Positions 44,201-52,114 of a stretch of 64,000 nucleotides of DNA are shown here, in pieces (the stretch's first letter is position 1; every line of letters starts with the position of its first letter). Below the pieces are notes generated by a model. It was not told the origin of the DNA, did not search any database, and saw nothing but the letters and a program-made list of their open reading frames with translations. This stretch comes from an uncultured bacterium (GTDB lineage Bacteria > Acidobacteriota > Thermoanaerobaculia > Multivoradales > JAHZIX01). The stretch is taken from contig CBDUPA010000005.1 in the NCBI GenBank assembly GCA_965368975.1, positions 249,099-313,098 on the forward strand. Reading direction: 5' to 3'. The position numbers and the translations under genes were made by a program.

Positions 44201-47200
44201 CTGAGCGGCGGTTGGCGGCACTGTGGAGCGAGCTGCTGGAGGTCGAAGAGGTGTTCGCCGACGATGACTTCTTCGAACTCGGTGGCCACTCGCTGCTCGC
44301 CATGCGCTTGGTGGCGCGTCTGCGGCAAGACCTCAAAGTCGATCTGCCGGTCGGTGTCCTGTTCGAGACGCCGACCGTGGCGGCATTGGCCCTGCGCGTC
44401 GATCAGCAACAAGCCGACGCCGAGCGCGCGGCACTGCCGCCGCTGCACGCGGTCGAGCGCACCGAGACGGAGGACAGTGAAGCGGTCCTGCCCCTGTCCT
44501 TCGCCCAGGAACGTCTGTGGTTCCTGGCCCGTCTCGAGCCGCACAGCCCGGCCTACAACATCCCGCTGCCCCTGCTGCTGCGTGGCCAGCTGCGGCCTGC
44601 GGCCTTCGAAGCCGCCTGGCTCGACCTGGTGCGTCGCCACGAGGTGCTGCGCACGCGCTTCGACGAGCAGGACGGCCGTGCCGTACAGCGCATCGGCGAT
44701 CCGTCGCGGCCGGCACCGTGGTGGTTGCAGCTGGTGTGGATCGACCTGAGCGCTCTCGACGCGGCGGCCCGTCGGCGCCAGGTGGTGCGTCTGGCGATCG
44801 CCGAGACGTTGCGCCCCTTCGACCTGCGCACCGGTCCCATGGTGCGCGCGGTGGTGCTGCGCGGCGAATGTTCGGCAGGTGGGGGCATCCGTGAGCATGC
44901 CTTGCTGCTCAACCTGCATCACATCGCGGGCGATGGCTGGTCTTTGGGAGTGCTGGTGCGGGAATTAGCGGCCCTATACACGGCGCGGGTGGAGGACACT
45001 CACTTGGGAGCGTCTTTGCCCTCCCTACCCGTCCAATACGGCGACTTCGCCGTCTGGCAGCGTGGCTGGCTGACCGGCGAGGTGCTCCAACGTCAGGTCG
45101 AGTACTGGCGTACCCAGCTTGCCGATCTGCCGCCCCTCTTCGAGTTGCCGACGGACGGACCCAGACCGGCCGTGCAGAGCTTGCGCGGTGCGACGCTGCC
45201 GGTGCGTTTCGGTGCGGCGCGCAGCACGGCTCTGCGACAGCTGGCGCAGCGCCACGGTGCGACGCCTTTCATGGTGTTGTTGGCACTCTTCCACCTGCTG
45301 CTTGGCCGCTGGGCCGACCGCCGCGACCCGGTTGTCGGTTCGCCGGTCGCCGGTCGGCGGCATCCGGCAGTCGAGGGGCTGATCGGCTTCTTCGTCAACA
45401 CCCTGGTGCTGCGCGGTGATCTGAGCTCTGCTGAGGACGGTGAGACCCAGACCCCCACCGAGCCGAGCTTTGCCGAGCTGCTGCGCCGTGCCCGCCGCCA
45501 GGCCCTCGACGCCTACGCGCACCAGGATCTGCCGTTCGAGAAGCTGGTCGACGAGCTGCGCCCCGAGCGCAGCCGTGCCTACTCGCCGGTGTTCCAGATC
45601 ATGCTCGGCCTGCAGAATGCGCCGGTGGGCGACGCAGAACTGCCCGACCTGGAGCTGCGCCCGCTGATCGAGGCGGTCGGCGGCAGCGTGCCCCAGGGTG
45701 TGATCTCCAAGTTCGACCTGTCGCTCATGTTGGGCGAGGCCGGAGCCGATTCGGCGCTCGGGGCCGGCAGTTTCCACGGCGAACTCGAGTACTGCGTCGA
45801 CCTCTTCGACGTCACCAGCATGCAGCGTCTGCGACGCCAGCTCTTCGCCTTGCTCGATGCCGCGACCGAGGCACCCGATGTGCCAGCCCGCAGTCTGTCG
45901 ATTCTCGACGCTGCGCAGCGCCATCAGCTGCTGCGAGAGTGGAACGACACGGCGCAGATGTGGCCGGCCCCAGCGACCTTGCCGGCCGTCCTGGCGGCGC
46001 GGGCGGCTAGCCAGCCGGGAGCCACCGCGGCATGGCTGCCCGCATCGGAGCCGGACCCTGCAGGGCTCGACGGCGAGGACTTGCTGGCGGAGACGCTGAG
46101 CTACGGCGACTTGCAGCAGCGCGTCGTGGTGCTGGCCCAACAGCTGCACCGCCTCGGTGTCAGCACCGAGACACGCGTCGCTTTGAGCCTCGAGCGTGGT
46201 CTCGAGATGTGGGTGGCCATGCTGGCCGTTCTCGCCGCTGGTGGTGCCTATGTGCCCCTCGACCCCGCTTTCCCGGCGCAGCGGCGCAGCTTCATGCTGC
46301 ACGACTCGGGGGCTCGCTGGCTCCTGGTCGACGACCCGCACGGCACGCAAGAGCTAGAGCTGCCACCGGGAGTGCGCGTCTTGCCGCTGGCGGAGCTCTT
46401 GGTGGATCCCGAGACCGAAGCGGGTGGGACGCAGCTGCCGGTGATCGATCCGGACCAGCTGGCCTACGTGCTCTACACCTCAGGTTCTACCGGGCGCCCC
46501 AAAGGGGTTCAGATCAGCCACGGCAGCCTGCTCAACTTCCTGCGCAGCATGGCGCGGCGTCCCGGCCTGGCCGCGTCCGACCTGCTGCTGGCGGTGACCA
46601 CGATTTCCTTCGACATCGCGGGCCTGGAACTCTATCTGCCGCTGGTGTGCGGTGCGCAGCTGACGGTCGTGCCGCGCGAGGTAGCGATGCACGGGGATCG
46701 TTTGGCCCGCCTGCTGAGCGCCGCCTCCAACCGCGTGGCCCTGGCCAGTCCGCCGGGCAAGGTGGTGGTCCAAGCCACGCCCGCGACCTGGCGGCTGCTG
46801 CTCGACAGTCGCTCGACGACCGGCGGCGAGTGGCTCGGCTTGCCCGAGGGGCGTAGGCTGCTCGCCCTGTGCGGCGGTGAAGCACTACCGGTCGAGCTGG
46901 CGCGACGCCTACGGCAGCGCGGCGCCGAGCTGTGGAACGTCTACGGTCCCACCGAGACGACCATCTGGTCGACCCTCCATCCCCTCGGTGGACCGCTGGC
47001 ACACGTGGAAGGACGCACCGCCGATGCGGCGCCGCGTTCCGGTACGGCCTCTCTCGGTAGGCCGCTGGCCAACACCGACGTGCATCTGCTCGACGCCGCT
47101 CTGCGCCCCGTCGCTCCCGGTGCCTGGGGAGATCTCTACATCGGTGGTGCCGGCCTGGCACGCGGCTATCTCGGCCGTCCGGCGCTGACTGCGGAGCGTT

Positions 47201-48042
47201 TCATCCCCAACCCGTTCTCGAACGCTTCTTCTGTTCCCGCCGCGACGCGCCTCTATGCGACCGGTGACGTCGCCCGCCGGCGTGGGGACGGCGATCTCGA
47301 ATTTCGCGGCCGGCGCGACACACAGGTCAAGGTGCGTGGCTTCCGTATCGAGCTGGGCGAGATCGAGGCACGGTTGGCGCAGCTACCGGGGGTGTCGCGA
47401 GCCGTGGCGCACGTCCACACCGGGCTTGCCGGTGGTACGCAGCTGGTGGCCTACCTGGTCCTCGATCCACTCGATGAACGGGAGGCGACCCCACCCGCCG
47501 AAGAATCTGTGCGGGAACACCTGCGCCAGCACCTCCCCGACTACATGATTCCGGCTGCGGTCCTGGTGCTGGACGCCCTGCCGCTGACCCCCAACGGCAA
47601 GCTCGACCGCCGTGCCCTGCCGGCGCCAGAGTTGCCGGAAGCCGCCTACGAGCCACCGGCAGGCTGGAAGGAAGAAGCTCTGGCCGCTGCCTGGATGCAG
47701 GTGTTGCAGGTAGAGCGCGTGGGTGCCGGAGACGCTTTCTTCCGTCTCGGTGGCGACTCGATCCTGGTCCTCCAAGCAATTGCCGCGGCGCGCGAAGGGG
47801 GCCTCGCCCTGGAGCCAGGCTGGTTCTTCCAGTACCCGACGCTGCGCGAGCTGGCCGAGCGTGCAGAACCGATGGAGTCGATCGATACCGTCCCCGCCGG
47901 CTCGACTGCGAGCGAGTCCAGGGCCACTTTGGGGGCTGACGGAGTGGGGCCGAGGGACGACGAGGACGACGAGGACGATTTCGGCTGGAGCGACGACGAC
48001 TTCGACGAACTCAGCGACGCGGTCGACGAGATGCTTGGCTGA
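41212..48042 (+). CDS. NRPS 3: C(DCL-like)-A(Val)-T-C-A(Gly)-T, no TE (2276 aa)
   Basis: GTG 41212 with GGGAG RBS; IEDVYPLSPLQQGILFH, HHLLLDGWS and GLFINTVPVR are DCL-type signatures; A codes DALWLGGTFK (Val) and DILQLGVIWK (Gly); PCPs GGHSL and GGDSI; ends in the FGWSDDDF tail. Confidence 0.95.
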   Translation: MKQPSHIEDVYPLSPLQQGILFHCLESPLAGVYCEQVAAELVVRPSEAKASADAPVAVPVLAHAWKQVVERHAVLRTGFLWRGLKEPAQVVHRRVRPEVDVIDLRGLARTHVETRLGELQDADRRRGFDFERPPLFRLSVVLLDARRCVLVWTFHHLLLDGWSIPRVLAEVFGTYRALRSGQAAPEWPSPPPYKRYIGWLRKRDRAAAQEVWTRQLAGLGAPTPLPAPVPAAHARRSEEASELRYRTRVIKLPPRLGPALQAHCRQLGVTLGTLMQGIWAVLLRRYSGRDDVLFGLVNSGRPPALPGVETMIGLFINTVPVRARFAPGMSWASALRQLQAESAEWQPHSYVPLADLQGWSDVPRGQPLFESLLVVENYPRNPASASQGLGFDVQLRPQQLTTSYPLTLAVLPQEDFSVFVVRDQRRFSDTFALRVLEHVRTLLEAVAGLPAETSGETLALEALPLLTRGERQQLVVEWSIGGAARSIEMELLDAGNGTLDGRVFARAAKRPEAIAVVDAGDRHAHWLSYGELARRAERAADVLHRQGVQPDQPVPVELDAERPRNVELVIQLLAILRAGGAYLPIDPGLPEERRRWMLADAVADLQPFAQGCLAAQPHSGSLSLAYLLYTSGSTGRPKGVAVPHRAVLRLVDQHARALRSSATDVYLQLAPIEFDAATLELWAPLTAGGRLVLYPGRTPDLDRLQAVLCEQRVDTLWLTAGFFQQLAEERPTLLRGVRRLLTGGDVVPPGAVRRLRRVLPGVQVINGYGPTENTTFTTFQPFSDNDLREAEQGAPLSIGRPLDATTVYVLSHDLRPVPAAVPGELFTGGEGLARGYHGLPSRTAVSFVPDPFADAEGGGGRLYRTGDLARWRGDGRLDFLGRLDNQVKLRGFRVEPGEIESVLASHPAVETAAVVVAGQGASGKRLLAWVVLADAGEPDGILDFLRARLPAPLVPSALGVLDALPLTSRGKVDRRQLARRPAPDASSLARRPPSTATERRLAALWSELLEVEEVFADDDFFELGGHSLLAMRLVARLRQDLKVDLPVGVLFETPTVAALALRVDQQQADAERAALPPLHAVERTETEDSEAVLPLSFAQERLWFLARLEPHSPAYNIPLPLLLRGQLRPAAFEAAWLDLVRRHEVLRTRFDEQDGRAVQRIGDPSRPAPWWLQLVWIDLSALDAAARRRQVVRLAIAETLRPFDLRTGPMVRAVVLRGECSAGGGIREHALLLNLHHIAGDGWSLGVLVRELAALYTARVEDTHLGASLPSLPVQYGDFAVWQRGWLTGEVLQRQVEYWRTQLADLPPLFELPTDGPRPAVQSLRGATLPVRFGAARSTALRQLAQRHGATPFMVLLALFHLLLGRWADRRDPVVGSPVAGRRHPAVEGLIGFFVNTLVLRGDLSSAEDGETQTPTEPSFAELLRRARRQALDAYAHQDLPFEKLVDELRPERSRAYSPVFQIMLGLQNAPVGDAELPDLELRPLIEAVGGSVPQGVISKFDLSLMLGEAGADSALGAGSFHGELEYCVDLFDVTSMQRLRRQLFALLDAATEAPDVPARSLSILDAAQRHQLLREWNDTAQMWPAPATLPAVLAARAASQPGATAAWLPASEPDPAGLDGEDLLAETLSYGDLQQRVVVLAQQLHRLGVSTETRVALSLERGLEMWVAMLAVLAAGGAYVPLDPAFPAQRRSFMLHDSGARWLLVDDPHGTQELELPPGVRVLPLAELLVDPETEAGGTQLPVIDPDQLAYVLYTSGSTGRPKGVQISHGSLLNFLRSMARRPGLAASDLLLAVTTISFDIAGLELYLPLVCGAQLTVVPREVAMHGDRLARLLSAASNRVALASPPGKVVVQATPATWRLLLDSRSTTGGEWLGLPEGRRLLALCGGEALPVELARRLRQRGAELWNVYGPTETTIWSTLHPLGGPLAHVEGRTADAAPRSGTASLGRPLANTDVHLLDAALRPVAPGAWGDLYIGGAGLARGYLGRPALTAERFIPNPFSNASSVPAATRLYATGDVARRRGDGDLEFRGRRDTQVKVRGFRIELGEIEARLAQLPGVSRAVAHVHTGLAGGTQLVAYLVLDPLDEREATPPAEESVREHLRQHLPDYMIPAAVLVLDALPLTPNGKLDRRALPAPELPEAAYEPPAGWKEEALAAAWMQVLQVERVGAGDAFFRLGGDSILVLQAIAAAREGGLALEPGWFFQYPTLRELAERAEPMESIDTVPAGSTASESRATLGADGVGPRDDEDDEDDFGWSDDDFDELSDAVDEMLG

Positions 48043-48083
48043 CGGTGAAGCTGATGTTCGGCGTTTGGTGTTCGGCGGAGGCG

Positions 48084-48722
48084 TCAGCCGCTGAAGTCGC
48101 GCACCGGTGCGAAGGTCTCGGTCTTCTGCAACATGCCATCGCGGAAGCGGTAGGCGCGGCCCAGCTCGAAGTACCACCAGGTCTCTTCTTCGAAGCCGTT
48201 GCCGGGGTTGATCTCGATCTTGCCCGGATGCCCGACCTCGTTGTAGATGCGCCGCTCGTCATCGGTGTCGAGACGCTCCTGGAAGCGGCGCAGCGAGTGC
48301 AGGAACGTGGTGTCTTCGAGCACCACGGGCGTCACCACCGGGCCCGAACCCTTGGTGCGGTCCGTGACGTCGATCTCGTGCAACTGGTGCAGGATGTCCT
48401 TGCCGTCCTCGCGCACCGGCACGCCGAAGCGCAGACGGAAGTAGTTGTGGAAGTCGTCCCACGACCACTTGACGGTGTAGTTGCCGTTGCCGTCCGTGCG
48501 TGTGTTGAGGCGGAAGGTGTCCTCGGTGACCTTGCGGAACTTGCGGAAGTCGAACTTGCGGCGCGTCGCTTCGAGCACCACGTAGACGTCGGCCAACGGC
48601 GTGCCGTCACGGTCGGTGACCATGCCGGTGAATTCGACCTGTTCGCCCTTTTCGTAGGCGTGAGCAGGCGCGGCAAGAGGAAGGAGAGAGAGGCAGAGGA
48701 GCAGGGGCAGGATGTGTTTCAT
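48084..48722 (-). CDS. Secreted hypothetical protein with carboxypeptidase-regulatory-like (prealbumin-fold) N-terminal domain
   Basis: Signal peptide MKHILPLLLCLSLLPLAAPAHA; G.VTDRDGTPLADV.V...TDGNGNY pattern; C-terminal G.P......ETWWY motif. Confidence 0.7.
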   Translation of the reverse strand: MKHILPLLLCLSLLPLAAPAHAYEKGEQVEFTGMVTDRDGTPLADVYVVLEATRRKFDFRKFRKVTEDTFRLNTRTDGNGNYTVKWSWDDFHNYFRLRFGVPVREDGKDILHQLHEIDVTDRTKGSGPVVTPVVLEDTTFLHSLRRFQERLDTDDERRIYNEVGHPGKIEINPGNGFEEETWWYFELGRAYRFRDGMLQKTETFAPVRDFSG

Positions 48723-48792
48723 GGTGATCGAGGATATCAAGATCTGGACAACCGGATGCGGCGAACGCCGCCGAACAGACTGATCCAGCTGC

Positions 48793-49419
48793 TCAAGGTT
48801 CTTGCCACGCCACGTCCGCTGGCGGCGTGAACATCGAGCGGTCGGGCAGCCGGCGGTAGCCGGAGAGTTCGAAGCGGGTGACGTTGCCCTCGGCGTCGCG
48901 ATACTCGAGCTGCGACAGGCGTAGAGACCCGGCTTCGATGTGCAGGGTGGCTTCACGGATGTCGCTGGTCTCGGAAACCGGGGAGAGCTTGACCTCGATC
49001 TTGCCGTCGCGCTCGCGTGCCTCGGCACGGTAGCGCAGGCGCAGGTCTCTGGTGTCGAGCAGCAGCAGGTCGAGGCCCGGTTCGGCGGTGCGATCTACCT
49101 GGTAGCGCTCACCGGTCTTGTCTTCTGGGTTCCAGGTGTGGACGATGTTGCGACACAGCAGGAAGCGCTTGGGGAAGGGCTCTTCGTAGTCCCAGCGCAG
49201 GCAGTCCGGTAGCTCGACGAAGAAGCGGCCCGACTCCCGCTCGCCGGACTGGAAGCCGGCTGGCAGGTAGAGCTGCACGAAGCGCGCCTCGGTGGCGCCA
49301 TCGCTGGTCAACGCACGGCGCATCTGGTCGAGGGTGTCCCAGGGGTTCTGCGCTTGGGCGGCGGTCGCCAGCGTGCACAGCAGCAGTGCTGCCGCGGTCC
49401 GAGTCAACGTCTTTCGCAT
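48793..49419 (-). CDS. lolA: LolA-family outer-membrane lipoprotein carrier
   Basis: ATG 49419 with AAGGAG; signal peptide; ARFVQ, ESGRFFVELPDCLRWDYEEP, D..GNVTRFEL, FTPP. Confidence 0.7.
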   Translation of the reverse strand: MRKTLTRTAAALLLCTLATAAQAQNPWDTLDQMRRALTSDGATEARFVQLYLPAGFQSGERESGRFFVELPDCLRWDYEEPFPKRFLLCRNIVHTWNPEDKTGERYQVDRTAEPGLDLLLLDTRDLRLRYRAEARERDGKIEVKLSPVSETSDIREATLHIEAGSLRLSQLEYRDAEGNVTRFELSGYRRLPDRSMFTPPADVAWQEP

Positions 49420-49478
49420 ACCTGTCGCTCCTTCCACAGTGTGTACTACGCGCAATGTAGCTCGTTTGATTCGTGCGC

Positions 49479-51047
49479 TCAATGCCTGAAGTGCCGGCGG
49501 CCCGTATGCAGGAGCGCGATACCGTGCTCGTCTGCCGCCTCGACGACTTCGCCGTCACGCTTCGAGCCGCCCGGCTGGATGATCGCCGTGACGCCAGCCT
49601 CGGCCAGCACGTCGAGGCCGTCGCGGAAGGGGAAGAAGGCGTCCGAAGCGGCGACCGTACCGGTCAGCGACAGCTCGGCCTTGTCGATCGCCAATCTACA
49701 GCTGTCGACGCGGCTCATCTGGCCCGCGCCGATGCCGACCGTCTGGACTTCGTTGGTGATCACAATGGCGTTGGACTTCACGGCGCGGCCGACCTTCCAG
49801 GCGAAAGCCAGGGCGCGGCGCTCGCTGTCGCTGGGCTGGCGGCGGGTCGGGCAGGTCCAGGCTTCGGGCTGGTCGGGGCCGGCGTCGAGTTGCTGGGCCA
49901 GGAAGCCGCCGCCGATCGAGCGCAGGTCGAGGTCCGCCGCCCCCCAGGCTCCGGACGCGGCAGGCGCCTGGAACATCGGACACTCGAGCAGTCGCAGGTT
50001 CTTCTTCTTGCCCAGCAGCGCGCGGGCGCCGGCCTCGAAGCCGGGGGCCACGATCACCTCGACGAAGAGCTTGGCCAGCAGCGCCGCGACGGCCTCGTCG
50101 ACCGGGCCGTTGAGGGCGATGATCGAACCGAAGGCGGAGGTCGGGTCCGTGGCCAGAGCGCGCTCGTAGGCCTCGGACAGGCTGGCACCGATCCCGATGC
50201 CGCACGGATTGTTGTGCTTGACGATGACCACCGCGGGTGACCCGTCGAACAGCGCCACCATGCGGCGGGCAGCATCAGCGTCGAGAAGGTTGTTCCAGCT
50301 CAGCTCCTTGCCCTGCAACTGCTCCATGCCGTCGAACAGGCCGCTACCGTTGCCATGGCGGTAGACCGCCGCACCTTGGTGCGGGTTCTCGCCGTAGCGC
50401 GGCTCGAACTCCTTGACCAACTCGATGCGCAGCCGCGCGGGGAACGCCGAGGTGTCGCGCTCGTTCGCCTCGGCTTCCAGCCACTCGGCGATGGCGCTGT
50501 CGTAGTCGCGGGTGTGGCGGAAGGCCGCCAGCGCCAGCCGCCGCCGCAGATCCTGGTGCAAGTCGCCTTCCTGGTGCAGGGTCTCGAGCACGGCAGCGTA
50601 GTCGTTCGGATCGACCACCACTGCAACGTTAGCGTGGTTCTTGGCCGCCGCCCGCACCATGCACGGGCCACCGATGTCGATCATCTCGATGGTTTCGTCG
50701 TAGCTGGCGCCCTGGGCTACCGTTTGCTCGAAGGGGTAGAGGTTGACCACCACCAGGTCGATGCCGGTGATGCCGTGGGCGTCGAGCTGCTGGCGATGTT
50801 CTTCCAGGCGCCGGTCGGCCAAGATGCCACCGTGGATCTTCGGATGCAACGTCTTGACGCGGCCGTCGAGGATCTCGGGAAAGCCAGTGACGTCGGCGAC
50901 CTTGGTCACCGGGATGCCGTGCTCGGCGAGGTGCCGGGCGGTGCCGCCGGTGGATACCAGTTCTACACCCAGCTCGTGTAGGCCCCGGCCGAAGTCGGCG
51001 AGGTGGGTCTTGTCGGAAACGGATAGCAGGGCACGGCGGATCGGCAC
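49479..51047 (-). CDS. purH: Bifunctional AICAR transformylase/IMP cyclohydrolase
   Basis: GTG 51047 with AAGGAG; RRALLSVSDK, STGGTA, GRVKTLHP, IDIGGP, RYGENPHQ, KHNNPCG, GAGQMSRVDS, SDAFFPF, QPGGS, RHFRH. Confidence 0.97.
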   Translation of the reverse strand: MPIRRALLSVSDKTHLADFGRGLHELGVELVSTGGTARHLAEHGIPVTKVADVTGFPEILDGRVKTLHPKIHGGILADRRLEEHRQQLDAHGITGIDLVVVNLYPFEQTVAQGASYDETIEMIDIGGPCMVRAAAKNHANVAVVVDPNDYAAVLETLHQEGDLHQDLRRRLALAAFRHTRDYDSAIAEWLEAEANERDTSAFPARLRIELVKEFEPRYGENPHQGAAVYRHGNGSGLFDGMEQLQGKELSWNNLLDADAARRMVALFDGSPAVVIVKHNNPCGIGIGASLSEAYERALATDPTSAFGSIIALNGPVDEAVAALLAKLFVEVIVAPGFEAGARALLGKKKNLRLLECPMFQAPAASGAWGAADLDLRSIGGGFLAQQLDAGPDQPEAWTCPTRRQPSDSERRALAFAWKVGRAVKSNAIVITNEVQTVGIGAGQMSRVDSCRLAIDKAELSLTGTVAASDAFFPFRDGLDVLAEAGVTAIIQPGGSKRDGEVVEAADEHGIALLHTGRRHFRH

Positions 51048-51162
51048 GGTGGACTCCTTGAGTTGCGGATCAGAAGGTTGCTGACGAGAGCGAGTGTGAC
51101 GGAATGGCGGGTCGGTTCGAAGGGACGCCGGCCGGTCGCTGCTGGCTGGTCCCAGGTGGATC

Positions 51163-51963
51163 TCAGCGGGCGCTGACCGGCTTGGGTCGCGGCACGAGCA
51201 CCACCATCTCACCTCGGCGTGGCACCCGGCGTGGGTCGGCGCCGCCGGCTTTGAGCCAGACGAAGCGCAGTGCTTCCGCGACATCCGAGACGGCATGGCT
51301 GAACGACAGCGAGGCGACGCCGAAGGCCGTCGAGCGGTCGTCGAAGTTGCTGCGGCCGGAAGCCCAGCCAATGCGCCTGTACTCCTGGCCTAGCAGGGGG
51401 TAGAAGCGCCGTCCGCGTTCCAGTGCCTGCGCCACCAGGGCGGAAAGGTCGGTTGCGGCTTCCAGCTCCGGTCGCAGACCGTAGAACACCGGTTGGAAGC
51501 GCGGCGCCGCGCTCTCGACGTAGCTGGCGTAGTCGGCGAAGTAGCGCCCCTCCTCGCTGTCCCCGGCGGAGGTGTTGAGCGGGTTGCCCGCGTCGGCCAC
51601 GTAGTGCGCCACCACGCCGAGGCGGTAGACGATTTCTTCGAAGGGCCGGTACGCCTGGATCGCCTGCACCGCACCGTTGATCTCGTAGGCGATCACTGCT
51701 TCCAGCTGGCCGCTGCCGTCCGGATTCTGGACGTGACGCAGCGCCTCACCGTCGCGGAAGGGAGCGAGCACGCCACGCTGGAACTCCAGGCGGTGCTTGG
51801 CGATCTGGCGCACCAAGTCGGGTGGCGCCAGCTGCGCCGCCGAGACGCCAATCTCGACCTGATTGCGTGGTGTCCACGCCTGGGCTGGCGAGACGGCCCA
51901 GCAGAGCAGCGCAGCGACAGCGAAGGGAAAGAGGCAGAGGTGGTATGCGGGCTTGCGGTGCAT
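51163..51963 (-). CDS. Secreted protein, Zn-dependent phospholipase C / S1-P1 nuclease-like fold (degenerate metal ligands)
   Basis: Signal peptide ending AQA followed by mature Trp1; LG..AHYVAD...PLN motif. Confidence 0.55.
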   Translation of the reverse strand: MHRKPAYHLCLFPFAVAALLCWAVSPAQAWTPRNQVEIGVSAAQLAPPDLVRQIAKHRLEFQRGVLAPFRDGEALRHVQNPDGSGQLEAVIAYEINGAVQAIQAYRPFEEIVYRLGVVAHYVADAGNPLNTSAGDSEEGRYFADYASYVESAAPRFQPVFYGLRPELEAATDLSALVAQALERGRRFYPLLGQEYRRIGWASGRSNFDDRSTAFGVASLSFSHAVSDVAEALRFVWLKAGGADPRRVPRRGEMVVLVPRPKPVSAR

Positions 51964-52114
51964 GGCCGTATTGTAGCGCTCCGCGACGGTTTGCGCTGCC
52001 CAGAGTGCTCGGATGCGGGGGGTCTGATAGATCCCTGACGGCGCACGGGCAGAATACCTTGGCTCTTTCGAGCGCAATTCCGCGCCGAGATGTCTTCCCA
52101 TGGTGGTGATTCAA

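Noticed and set aside
51050-51165. ZMP/ZTP riboswitch upstream of purH
   Set aside because: Expected by context, but the conserved elements could not be recognised by eye; an Infernal/Rfam scan would decide.
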